Below, one piece after another: positions 24,900 to 36,784 of a DNA stretch of 64,000 nucleotides. Source of the DNA: Tilletiaria anomala UBC 951 (taxonomy: Eukaryota); assembly GCF_000711695.1 (NCBI RefSeq), contig NW_013547021.1, positions 1 through 64,000 on the forward strand. Direction: 5' to 3'. A model generated the notes under the pieces. It did no database searches, was not told the origin of the DNA, and was given only the letters and a program-made list of their open reading frames with translations. The first letter of the stretch is position 1; each line of letters starts with the position of its first letter. Both the position numbers and the translations under genes were made by a program.

Positions 24900-27800
24900 C
24901 TACGAAACGATGCAATCTTCGCGCACCTTGAAGCCATAGAGCTCCTTGTCAATCACACTCTCAATGCTCTTAAAGTCGCAGCGAGCCTTTGTATGAAGGA
25001 GTGTTAGTACTTATCGCGCTGATCCTTCACCTTGGATTCTGTCGCCTGCATGCTCACATGTAAAAATTCATACAAATCCTCTGGACTCAGCGTCCCGCTG
25101 AACATGTTCGCATCTCGAATGATCGTACCGAGCTCCTTGCCGCCGCTTTCCTTGCTGCAATCGATAATATAGATGTTGCCGAGCATCTTAAGGCCGTCAA
25201 ATAGGACCACAACGCTGGGCTGCTTGAGGCTCGCGATGAATGCGTGATACGCATTAATGTCGGCTATCACCTTGAACCCACCTTCCAGGCTGATAATTTG
25301 CCGCTTGAGGTGCTTGGCGATGATCCTGAGCCAGTAAAAGCACCATGAACGCGAAACATTAGCGCAAGCCTTCTCAATAACCGATGTCCTGAGCTTCAAC
25401 TCACGAATATAGGCGCAGGCCTACCTCCTGATAGAACACTTCTAGGACGTTCTTATCCGTGCTCCCTGCTAGCATCTTGCAATGCGTCCGCAAACACCGC
25501 ACACACTCGGCGCACGCTCTCGTCGGACTGCCCAGATCCATGTCCGAGCCAGGCAGCGGATAGTAGTCGCGAGGATTCTGCATCGTCGTGATAATGTGTT
25601 CCACCTGTCCCATCAGCAGATCGACGCCGGCATTCAAGCCCGAGGCAACATTTTCATCCAGTGCTGCCTCGAAGCGCTTCTTCTCGCGTACGACCGGATT
25701 TAAGAAATCCGTCCGGTCAATGTGGCGGGAAAGCTCTTGGTCATAATAGACCTGCACCATCTGCTGGATCGTGTCACCGACATGCGTCAGCTCAAAGAAG
25801 TGCACAAGCGGCGCGACGTGTGTTTCGGGGTCTTGCTCGTGTTCGGCTGGCTTCCACTCTTCGATCTGCTTCTTCGCCTCTTGGAAGCCGGAGACGACGT
25901 GATGCTCGCCGAGGTACTGGAAGACGGACATGGAAATGTCATCAATTTCTTGTTTGACGCGGTGACCAAACTCGTCTGGATAATTGGCGAACGTCTCTAT
26001 CCGCCGTAGGCAATCCCTGTTGATCTGGATCAGTTGCAGTGCCGTGTCCAGGGACAAAAGAAGCTGCATACGCGCGAATCGAGCCTTGCTTCCTCCACCT
26101 GGCTGGGGCGTTCCGACTCGTGATCCTCGATCGGAGCCGATGGTTGAGCTTCGCTTGCTGTAAGGCTCTAGCTTCGAAGGTGCTGTCGCCACCTTCCAAC
26201 CATCACCTGAAACGTCAAACGCCGACGGACATTTCTCGTCCAGTCCATCCGCCTCCTCTTTGCCATTTGTCGTCATCGGCACACCATCGGCAGAGAAGGC
26301 CACATAGCCCTTTTCGCTGAGGCCGCTCCCGCTGACCCAATCTGTTTGGTGAGGGTTCGGCGTTGACGGCTGCGAGTCTGCAAGTGGCGTTCCTGTTCCT
26401 TTTGCAGAAGCACTGCCAGACTGCCAGCGCATTGGATTGAGCTGTGCAAGGCCTGTCCCTGCGCTCCTTATAGCTGCGCCGCCGACGTAGACTGCCGCTC
26501 TCGGAACGACAACGACCGGTGCGAGCAAAACGTCTTTGAAGCCCGTCAGGAAGTTGCGCTTGACAGCAGCGGGGTTATGTGAAGCCAGAAATGCGGCGTC
26601 GACTTGCGTTGCAACAGCCTCATTCTTCACGCTACATGTCCACGATTCGCATACTTCTGACATTTGGCTCTTGACCCACTGCCGCTCTTGCCTGAGGTAC
26701 TCGTCCATATTCGGTTCCCAAACGCGATAGACGACGTCTTCGCAGCGATCTTTGCTAAGTTGTGGACTCGTAGGCTGCACTTCTTGCAGCGCGTCCGCCA
26801 GTCGCAAAGCTTGTGCAAAAGTTGCAGCACATGCCCGTACGTAAGTATGAACCGAATTCGATTTTGCTTGATCCAGCAATGGGGCGACGTAATCCGCGAT
26901 CTGCACGTCACAACTCCGTCAGACGAGATCCATGCAGAACGAAATGATTGTACTCACCACCTCGCCTGCTACCCTGTCCGCAAAAGCAAGTACGACATCC
27001 TGCTCGGGCGGAAACACTCTAGCAATGAGAGACCCATCCGTGCGCACCGTCTCCAGCACGTCGCTCATGAATCGATCCATGGGCGTAAAATCGAGTCTGA
27101 CATTCGGACCTTGGCCGACAAAGTTGTCTGATGGATTGTAGTTCATTCTCCCTTCGAATATGTCCCGCTTCTCAAGGAAAACCTGAGCAGCACTGATACT
27201 GATGTTTTCAAGGGGTGTCGATCGCGAACCTATACCCGCTCTCGGCGGCGAGCCGGAGATGACAAACATGTTACCTTCCGCTGAATGCGGTGCAGAGCCA
27301 TCCAGGCGCGCTTCTAAGTCTAAAAACTGCTCGCCTGGGTTCCCAGCTTCGAGCGCTTGGCCGAGCTGCCAGATGGCACCAGCGTGCTGCTTCATGTCCT
27401 TCTCTGCACGCTCAACGGCACGCTTGGTGTGCTCTGCGCCGGAAAGCTTCCCTGCACGTACAGCATCTGCTCTTCGCGCCTCGGCACCTTCGAATGCGGG
27501 CAGCAGGATACCGTGGAGGTACGAGGCGGCGTCTGTGAGCTTCGGCCACAATTTGTCGGCTATTGGCAGCGATGTCCCCAGGCATGGTGCCGAGACAAAC
27601 CGTAGGATGTTCCCAAGCAGTGCAGGTTGAGAAGTTAGTCCCATGACTGCTTCTGTGAAAAGTAAAGAATGGGTAGGAGAAGTATTGGACAGGAAAGAGA
27701 CGATGTATGGCCGCATTTGCTTGACTCGGGCGCGAAACATGCGATAAGAGCGGCTTTCCAAGAATTGCGGAAGTTGAGACTCGGCGTTGAAAGAGAACAC

Positions 27801-28694
27801 TGCTCTATTTGCGGGCGCCGTCTTCGGTTGAGAGCTGAATTTTGAATTTGGATTCGGTGTGAGCGGAGTGAAAGAGGGGACAAGCCGGGCGCTTCCAGGC
27901 GGATGAGCTAGTGTCTGAATATGCCCATTTTGCCCCGCTATTGAAACGCTGGAAAATCGGTTTGCCAACGAACTGCCACTACCCCCGCCGAAAGACTTTC
28001 CCATCGCACGGGAGGGGGTGTTCGCAGGCAAGAATTCACTAAAGGAGTCGTTGCCGGCAGCGTTGCCGACAGCTGCGGTGAAATCTCCAAAGTCATCGTC
28101 CGACGACGCCACTTGCACGCAAGCATACAGCGGCGTCTTCAAGCCTGAGGATTTTGCTTCGTTTTGCGGAATGTTAACCCCCTCCGTGTAAGCAGCTTCT
28201 TGTTCAGCTTGCACGTTTGCATGTTGCTCCCTCGCTTCTTCCGCCTGTGCTTCAGAAATCTCAAGTGGGTCTCGAAGTCCATCAACATGGTGCCAGTCCA
28301 ATGCTTCTTGCCTCTCTTTCCACACACTCTCATCGGCTGCAACCCGACAAAAATTTCTACTCGCAGCTGCGCAGCTGACTAGCGTTGGAAGGGTGACGAA
28401 GGAGAGGATACGATGCGCAACGTTCGATGGTAGCCTGCCTACCGGGTAGGCATCGTTGATCAATGTCGTCGTACCTCTCTCGGCGCCCCTTCCATTTGAA
28501 GATCCTGGCTCATCATAGCGGCTGCTTGAATTTACCGAGCCAGGAGAGCCTAGATTCGCAAAGCCGAGGCTGCCAGACGATGCTGGGGCGTAGGAGCTGC
28601 GGCTTGCGGTGACGCTCGAGATGGCGCTGTTGAGCGAGAACCGCTTGTTCCCGCCCGGCGCCTTGACAGGCTCGAGGGGGGCCCATTTGTCCAT
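24900..28694 (-). CDS. RCY1: Recyclin-1: F-box + Sec10-like endosomal recycling protein with C-terminal CaaX; 4 exons
   Basis: F-box LPSNVAHRILSFV..LVSCAAASRNF; RVFPPEQDV; FFELTHVGDTIQQMVQVYY; EKKRFE..LDENVA.GLN; GGFKVIADINAY. The last exon (~24986-24900) reads ARCDFKSIESVIDKELYGFKVREDCIVS*. Confidence 0.92.
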
Positions 28695-29088
28695 CCCTCA
28701 GCGCTGCTCTGTCCCGTCCGCTCGGGCCACCAAGGCCGTTGCTTTGTCGCGTGAGCGGTCGCTGCAAGCACCTTGCGTTTGCCGAAAGGCTGTGATGCTT
28801 ACACTTCACGCTCTTAACCTCGTGATCGTCGTCCTCAACCTAAGGTGCATATTCGATGGCGGAACTCATCAGTACCCAGACATGCGAATCACGTGACCTT
28901 GAATCGCACCGGCGTACGTGCCGCACCAGCATTATCCAGATCGCGTCTGGTCAGACCGATAATCACGCGTCTGGCAGGTAGGAGCTGCTCTGCGCTTCTT
29001 GATAGGCATCTAGACGTGGCCTCACTGATGCTTACTCCAGAATGATGTGATAGTCTCTACGCGTGGCTACCAGGTCAGGCGCTCCGCA

Positions 29089-30795
29089 ATGGCAAGCCGC
29101 AGTGTACCGGGGTCGCGATTGCACTACCGCTTGACTGCCGGGGCGCTGCCAGCCAGCCAGGATCTCTGGCGTGGGATGAGCGACATTGACGAAACGGAGG
29201 TCGTACAGATTGATAAGTCCCTGCCATCCGTTTTCGAGAGACAACAGGCTGGTTCTTCGTCGGGACACTCGCGGACATCGAATGCGCGTTTGAAACGCCC
29301 GCATTCGTCCACTTCAGGATTGGCTACATCACCCCGGCAGAGGCTAGCAGATAAACGCCGCTCGCTCGCTGCATCGCTGTTCTCTTCTGATGAGGAAGAC
29401 AAGCAGCTAAGAGTGCGGTCTCCGCGCCAAGCCCAAGGAGTCGCTGCGCTCAAGGGCAAGGCGAAAACACCTGCCAGGACCCCAATATCTGGCACGCGAG
29501 ACATGCGCAAGGCAATGTTTGCCAATTTCGTTGACGACAGCGATGGAGAGAAGAGTGATGGCTCGAGCGGCAGCGCGGATGATCTGATTGCAGCTATGCC
29601 GACTCCGGCACCCTTCCAACCGGCCTCATATACTCAACTTGCAGGCGCCACTGAACGCATTGCACTAGCAAACGGTGCCCTGCAATCCACATCCCACTTC
29701 AGACCTGCACTTCACGAGCTGCTGTCTGCGCACAACGGAAGCCACAATACACCCATGGCTGGAGCAAGGGAAAGTGACGCGACAAGCACCGGCAAGAAGA
29801 GCGCAGCTGGAAACAGCTCACTGCTCGACGCATTGGACCACATTCTCGATGGAGGCGAACCGTCTCGCGGAGCGAATGACATGCCCACTCTCAGCCCTTC
29901 CGCTAAAGGCAAGGCTCGCGCTCATGATGCACCACCGAAGAGGAAAAGTAAGACGGCGCAAGAGAGGAAATATCACGCTTTGCGAAACAACACAACTTTG
30001 ACCCAGATTGGTCTGGTGGTCTCAGAGGGAAAGGGGAAAGGGAAAGGGAAAGGAAACGCAAGGGAAAAGGAAATAGAGAGAGGGACAGGTTCTAGCATAC
30101 GTGGAAGGCCTGCAGCTGCCATCGACATCATATCTGATGGGGATGATGATCAGCCACGGGCTGGCCCAAGTCGCCCACACGCAGCAGTGAAGAACATGCA
30201 GCAATGCAACCAATTTGACGACACGAGAGATCTGCTGGACGACATTGACTTTGACGATGTCGAACTCACACAAGAGATCAGGCAAGAAGCGCACATGCTA
30301 CCGGATCCTTCCGGACCGTCTCCGCCTGTTGGCCTGGAGGACAATCAACTCATCAGATGGTTCGCTAGTCGATCGTGTCCGGGCAATGTCGCCAAGAAGC
30401 TCAACGACGTGTCGCTCTCGAAGAACCGCAAAAAGATTTATAACGAGCTATTTGTCAAGAACGGCGACGCGTCATCTTCTCCGTTGGAGCACCCCAAGAC
30501 GTGGTTCACGAAGAACATGCCTGGCTTGGCCACGGCAGGGTCGAGAAGCAGGGCCAAGAGAGCACCCGCAAAGGCGCCGGCGAGGGTGTCGGGGAGTCAG
30601 CATTGTGGGATACAAGCGGCGCGGGGCGGTGGAACTGGCGGGTATCCAGGCCGGAAGAGGTCATATAATTGGCGGAAGAAAGCTGGGGGAAGTGCGATTC
30701 GGCCAGCCGGCCGCAGCGAGGTCAAGGCTGGGAATAGGAGGAAGTGGAATGGCTACACACGAAAACGGGATGGGCCCAAAGCAGAGATAAAATGA
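29089..30795 (+). CDS. Hypothetical protein, largely disordered, basic C-terminus; single exon
   Basis: ~570-codon uninterrupted ORF divergent from RCY1; KGKGKGKG repeat, acidic LLDDIDFDD patch, Arg/Lys/Gly-rich tail. No recognised domain. Confidence 0.7.
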   Translation: MASRSVPGSRLHYRLTAGALPASQDLWRGMSDIDETEVVQIDKSLPSVFERQQAGSSSGHSRTSNARLKRPHSSTSGLATSPRQRLADKRRSLAASLFSSDEEDKQLRVRSPRQAQGVAALKGKAKTPARTPISGTRDMRKAMFANFVDDSDGEKSDGSSGSADDLIAAMPTPAPFQPASYTQLAGATERIALANGALQSTSHFRPALHELLSAHNGSHNTPMAGARESDATSTGKKSAAGNSSLLDALDHILDGGEPSRGANDMPTLSPSAKGKARAHDAPPKRKSKTAQERKYHALRNNTTLTQIGLVVSEGKGKGKGKGNAREKEIERGTGSSIRGRPAAAIDIISDGDDDQPRAGPSRPHAAVKNMQQCNQFDDTRDLLDDIDFDDVELTQEIRQEAHMLPDPSGPSPPVGLEDNQLIRWFASRSCPGNVAKKLNDVSLSKNRKKIYNELFVKNGDASSSPLEHPKTWFTKNMPGLATAGSRSRAKRAPAKAPARVSGSQHCGIQAARGGGTGGYPGRKRSYNWRKKAGGSAIRPAGRSEVKAGNRRKWNGYTRKRDGPKAEIK

Positions 30796-30914
30796 AAAAG
30801 CACACACTCTACTTTGCGTCACGATTGTATGCACTGCATGTTGCTCTGCTGCTTTCGTGCTACATTGAGTGAATGAGTGGGCTGCATCTGATACCCGAAT
30901 ACTTTTGATGAGAT

Positions 30915-30947
30915 ACTGCTGCTGCTGCTATTGTTATTGTTGTTGTT
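30915..30947. repeat. Compound (CTG)n/(TTG)n trinucleotide repeat between convergent 3' ends
   Basis: ctgctgctgctgctattgttattgttgttgtt read directly. Confidence 0.7.
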
Positions 30948-30978
30948 AATGACTTCTTGATTTACCTTCACAAATAAA

Positions 30979-33900
30979 TCAATCCTCTGTGGGGTCTCCG
31001 TAAACAAAAATGCCAGAGCGCGTCTTTCTCGCCTCCGCCTCGGCATCAGCGAAAGCGGTGATCATGTTCGGTTGCGACTTGGCGTAAGGCACGCTGCGGT
31101 CGACGAGCGCCCAGCCCTCGCGGACGAGGTCCATGTTCATGCAGGATGCAGGGTTGCCGACATTGGGGTCCGCAGGGTCGTAGAGCGTCAAGTGTAAACG
31201 AGGTACTCCGCCGTTGGACATGGTCGCAGCCTCGCGCATCTCGATGTTGGCGATCAGCTTGCGTCCCTCAGCGGCTTCGCGGAAACGGTCCAGCGCATCA
31301 AGGGCGTATTCGGTGCTCTTGCCTTCGTACAACTTGACGAAGCTGAGCCGTGCTTCCTGCGCTTGTGGAGACAGCCTGCCTTTGCCGAAGCGGGTAATGT
31401 CGAGCGGACGCATGTCTTTCCAGCTGACCTCCTCCATGTTGCCATAGTCGATGTACACGATGCTCGCCGTCTTGGTGGACGGGTGCGAGCGGCGGATCTG
31501 AGCGCGGTACCAGCAGCCATCAGCGCTGAACTTGGCGCTGACAAGATCGCCAGAGCGCGGTGCGAAGCCGATCGGTGCTGATGGCGGCGCAGACCGATGC
31601 GCGAGCGCAAGGTCGTTCATGAGCGTTTCCAGCTGGGAGATCTTGTCGTCAAGGACCTGGACGGCAAAGCCGAAGGGAACGTCGGAACCATTACCACGCA
31701 CATCTGAGATGATGACGTCGACATACTCCTTCCGAGCTGGCGCAGCGTGCGCGGAGCCCAAATCATTCTGGACGCTGCTGCTCGCTGCTGGCGCTTCGGC
31801 TTCGTTGACCGCTTCGACAAAGTCGTGCCACATGCCCTTCTTTTGCGATTTGGCTTGGGTCTCTGCTGCCATCAGCTGAGCGCCAAAGCTGACGTTCTCA
31901 GCACTGTACGCATGCACCTCCGCAAGCCCATTCTCGACGAGGCCAACTGCGATGTTCTCGGTCCGGTTTACAAAAACGGCGCCGATGAAGCCTCCGACCT
32001 TGTCGGTGCCATAAACCTCGATGTCCACGTCTCGCTGCAAAAGCCTTTCGGTGCTGTACGCAAGGCCCTCTCGCGAGAACGGCTCGTCCTTCTCATTCGC
32101 GTTGCGACCAGTTCTCGGCGCTTTAATGCCAGCAAGGACGAGGGTGATCTTGACGTTCTCGCGCGGGACGAAGAGCTTGAGTCTGCTCGCGCCTGCGACA
32201 AAGTCGACGATAGCCGCGACTTTACCGGAACGCTTGAGGCAAGGCAAGTAGCTGTTCGCTTTGCCTGCGTTCTCCGAGCAGTCCGGGACGCGCACGAGTG
32301 GGTTCTCCTTGCCGCTGTGCACACCCTTCTGCTCGCTGATCGCGGCAGCCTCGGCGTTGATGAGCTTGTCGAACTCGGACGAGCGGTCCTCATCATCCTT
32401 GCGGTGCCGCTGGACTGTCGCGAGGCCGCGGGAGATAAGCTGCTCGTTGATGCTGCCGGGTTCTTTGCTGCTCTGCCCACCGCCTGCGCGGATCGCCTGG
32501 ATGGTCGCGCAGTGCTTCTCCTCAAATTCACCCTCCTTTGGCTTGACGTAGTCGACATGCACGCGAACATGCTTGCCGATGAGCTTCTTGCGCAGGAACT
32601 CGCGCGCCTCCTGGCCGTAGCCTGCAAGGTTAGCTTCGCGCGGCGCCGGCTGACGCACGGACGAGAGAAATATGCGCTGCTCGGCGCCTCCGCTGAGCGG
32701 TTTGATGATGAACGACTCGGGTGTGACGATGCGAGAGACGACGCCTTCGAACTGCTTGCCTGGCACCCGGGCACCCAACGCTGCATGCCCGTTCGCTCCG
32801 TTGGTCTGGCTGGAGCCCGTCGCCGCAGCGGCAGGCGGGGTCCAGTTGGACCAGATACCCGCGCGCTTCTCCTTGGCGCCACGCTCAGCGGCGCGGTATT
32901 TCTCCATCACTCCTGGGAAAGCAGAGTTGACGAAGCCTGCGTGCCAGTCGACAAGCTTCGCGAGGCCATGGGACAGTAGGAATTGCGCAATGTCACCTGC
33001 AGGGTGCTGTACCGAGCCGATCACGTAGCTTGTCGTCAGAGGTGCCGGGTTGCCAGAGAGGAGCGTACCGGGAGCAGCGCTGCTAGTCTGCGGCAGGGAG
33101 AGCAGGTGGACCTTGACGTTACGCTGGAGGAGTCTGCTCTCGACAAAGAAGAGCGACTCTGGTCCGAACGGCTCTCCGCCGGCACTGCTGCCGCGATCCG
33201 CTGCGCCGTTCACCCTTGGCGCCTTGACGCCAGCCAAGCTAAGATTGATGACTTGGTGGTTGCGCGAAGTAAGGAGGAGACGGACGCGAAGCATGCTTCC
33301 ATCTTTGACCGACTCGACGATCCCGTCAATCGGGACACCCTTCCACTCGTTCAAGAAGGCGACCGAATCCTCCGGCATGGTATGTGACACCTTCCACAGG
33401 CTGTCGGGACCCCAGAGCCCTCTTCCTTCTTCCTGCGCTTCGTTCTGCACGCTGCGCTGCACAGCCTTCCAGCCGCCATCCTCGTCCTCCTCAGAGGTCG
33501 GAAGCGAAGGGTTGTTGCGGCGCGAGTTTGAGTCGTGCACTTTTGCCCAGCCGGCGCGCAGAATCTCGTGGGAGACGTTCATATCCGGCAGACCGGGACC
33601 GCGAGGTGGTAGGAAGGCATGCGCATACTCTCTCGACCCACCGCCTGGGACGGGCACGGTGTACTCGACCCGGTAGCGGACCTCTTTGCCGACAGTCAAG
33701 AGTCTCAAAAAGTCTCTGGATGAAAATGCTTGAGGCTTGGTTTCGCCCATCAAAGGAGAGAAGCATGTCAGATGAACCAAACCCTTGACGATGCATGCCT
33801 ATGTAAAAAACCCATGCCACTCGTCCAACCCACCTCGTCGTCCCGTTCTCTGCTACCCAACCTCGGCGCAGCAATGCCCGCGACATGAATGGTCTTCTGC

Positions 33901-34037
33901 GCTGAGGGGTTCGTCGAGCCTTTGGGTCTCAGAACAAGCGTGTCGCCGCTGAGGATACTGCGCACGATGCCGCTTTGGAGTGGTTGTTGCTGCTGCTGCT
34001 GAGCAAGCGCTAGGGCTGGTGTTGCGGAAAAAGTCAT
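30979..34037 (-). CDS. SND1: Tudor staphylococcal nuclease (Tudor-SN/SND1); 2 exons
   Basis: Repeated SNase-like domains (VRSILSGDTLVL..IAAPR; LAGVKAPR; LSSVRQP; LAGIKAPR) and a Tudor domain VSAKFSADGCWYRA..VYIDYGN; ends YGDPTED. Intron 33833-33736. Confidence 0.95.
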
Positions 34038-34939
34038 GTTGGCGTAAGAGAAATGCGACGTGCTGCCTGTGATCCCCTGTTTTCCCCGTTTCCTGTTGGA
34101 CAAAAGTGTTCGAATGCCAGGCGGATGCTCGGTTATGATACCGCAATTGATCGACCGGGTTGCTCAGTGCTGTTTAGACCAGATTGAGGCGATTCACGTG
34201 CTTGGAAGTATAAGAATGAGAAGTGATGTGGAAGAGAAGAACAACCTTGGACTATGGCGTTGTGGAGAGTCCCACTGTCCCCAGCGTATCAATGTGGGGG
34301 AACATAAAGAGAAACAAAATCCACCCATCATCAGCCAGCGCCCAACGCTTGACGTTCCCCTCTCACCACGTGTGCAGGTTTACATCGGCGTAAACCCAGG
34401 TCCCACAGCAAGGCTCAGCCTGCCGCTCACGTTACCGTCCTAAGTTCTCGCCGCGAGCAGCCGAGCTTCCAGCGTTCAGCGGCCGAGCGGGGGCGAGGGG
34501 CCTGGGAAGCGCAAGGTGAAACCGGTCACACGACCGCGTCGTCACCAGCACGACGGCCGGACGCACAGAGCAGAAGCAGAGCCTTCCACCACACGTCCCA
34601 GCATTGCTGTTAGATGGAAACTTTCAGATTCTAGTGGTACGTACAGGAAAGGGTGACAAGAGCGTACGATACAACAGTGACGTTTGTGTGCGTGTGTCTG
34701 TGTGCGTCGGGTCGTGAATGTATGTGAGAAAGGCGAGCGCATCACCTCTGCTCTCGTGGTGCATTCCTGAGTGAATGCTGGACTGCGGTAAGAGAAGCGA
34801 CGCAGCCCCCGAGCGGCGAAAGAGACAAGCTTTACAGCTGTGCTAAGAGGGGTTCTTGGCGAGTCCCAAGCTTCTAGCAAACGCTTGTGAACCTTCAAGG
34901 CAGGAATACGGCAGTCTCTTTCCCTCGGCCTCCTTTAAC

Positions 34940-35963
34940 TCAAGCTGTATCCATTTGCGAGCCGCCGCCAGCGGTCCCACCTCCGCTCCCTCCAAGCCGC
35001 TTACCATCGCTTGCGCTGTCATCTTCCTGTGGAGGCGCCCCTGAGCTGCTGCTGCCGCTGCCTGTCGCTAGACCCTGCATAGCAGCCGGTGCCGCGCGTG
35101 CCCCTGCGTCATCATCTTCCTGCCCCTCATCTTCATTCTCGACCTCGGCCTTCATGTCTTGCACGAGCGCCTCGTCGTCCATCCAACTTTCTTCGACCGT
35201 CGCCTTGACGCGGCGGACGTACTCCTTCATGTTCTCGCGATAGAGAGACGCTGCTTCTGCGTTTGCTGGGCTGTACGCAGGGACAAGCACCAGTGCGGGT
35301 CCGATTCAGCGCTCATTGTCATATTTTGGAGAGTCAGAGGGGCGAGCAAGAGCTGATGGGCTTACCTGTTCGGATTCGGATCGTGCAGCAGACTCTGGAT
35401 ACTCGTCAGGATCGCCGCGACATCGTATGTCGGGCTCCAGCGATTCTGGAGGATATCCAAGCACAGCTCCCCGTTGGCATAGACGTTCGGGTGGAACATG
35501 CGGCTGAGGAACTTGACCGTCGGCGGCTTATTCGGGTACGACTCATCGAATGTCAGCAGGAGTTTGAAGGTGCCGTCTTCGAATGGCGTGTCGGCTTTCG
35601 CGACGTAAGAGCATGCAGGGGCAAAATCAAATGTTAGGGACCATGCTGAAATCGGCATCGGTTAGAAATGAGTTCCGTACTAACCTGGCCCAAAGATGAC
35701 CGCATTCCAGATCATCAGATTGTCCGGGCATGGCGCGCCACTGATGCCCCCAGGCGGGTCATTGCTGAGCCGCTTGAAATCTCGGATTAACCGGCGCTTG
35801 GATGGCGTTGACTAGGATAATCAGAAATGCATACGAAACAGGTAAGAATAGGTCGCCATCGAGCCTCCCACTTCCATGTCATACTAGCGATCCACCTTGA
35901 ATGGTCCGGGCGGCAACAAATCAAAGCCGCTGCTTAGACTTGGATTCCCTCACCACTCACCAT
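34940..35963 (-). CDS. RAD6: Ubiquitin-conjugating enzyme Rad6/Ubc2; 4 exons, the first coding exon is the ATG only
   Basis: ATG 35963-35961|gtgagt ... tag|[83 protein letters not shown] plus an acidic tail. Confidence 0.96.
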
Positions 35964-36784
35964 GCTGCCCCAGAGCCTGGCGGCACCTCGCTCGAATAAG
36001 TTCCGCTCGCGATTGATTTGTAACTGTTGGCGTGCTCGTCTTTGGCTTTTGGCGTATGGATGGTCTGACAAGGAGTGACCGCTTCAATTGATTTGAACTC
36101 GGAGACGATCCGTGCCAGATGAGTACGAGCGTTGACCTGGCGACGGAGAGTGAGTCGACTTGGTTGCACTGCGCTTTCGCTGGGGTTCTCCGCCCAGCAA
36201 CCTTCCCCGCAATTTCGGATAGAGGTGTTGTCGATGAAGGGAAGGACAAGGTACTGATGGTTGGGGGTTGGGCAGTGGGAAGTGGGAAGTGGGTAGTGTT
36301 GGTTGTATACAAAATAGAATGCATGCTCTATCTGACGGGAGGCGCCGAGAGGAGGGGGGAGCTGGCTGGGGGCGCTTCGGACTCTACTGCCCCGGAGGCA
36401 CCCTAGCAGTCACCGCCCACGCGCCCAGGCCAGCAAACCTATCAAGTCAATCAGGATGGCCTAGCAAGTGAATCAGAGTGGGATTGGATGGGAGGGAATA
36501 TGGGATCGACAAGCTGCAAGCACAACCACACAAGAAGCCACGTGGGACAGAATCCAGAGGCGCAGGCATAGGCGTAGCTGGAAACTTCGCATTCGTCCGC
36601 CTTTGGTTTGGGAGAGGCGTCCTTTGATCGGGCCACCAGCGCCAGGGCGATCGTCCTTTGGCGCCAAACCTGGCTTGAGCAAGTTGCGAACGCGCAGTGG
36701 GGATTCGGGTCGCTCGCATCGATGGCTCGGCCGTCGCTCTGAAGGTGAGACGGTGCATCCCTCCCGTGTTTCTCTGGGGGCATC

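Noticed and set aside
31747..32979. 410-aa plus-strand ORF
   Set aside because: Antisense shadow of Tudor-SN caused by codon bias.
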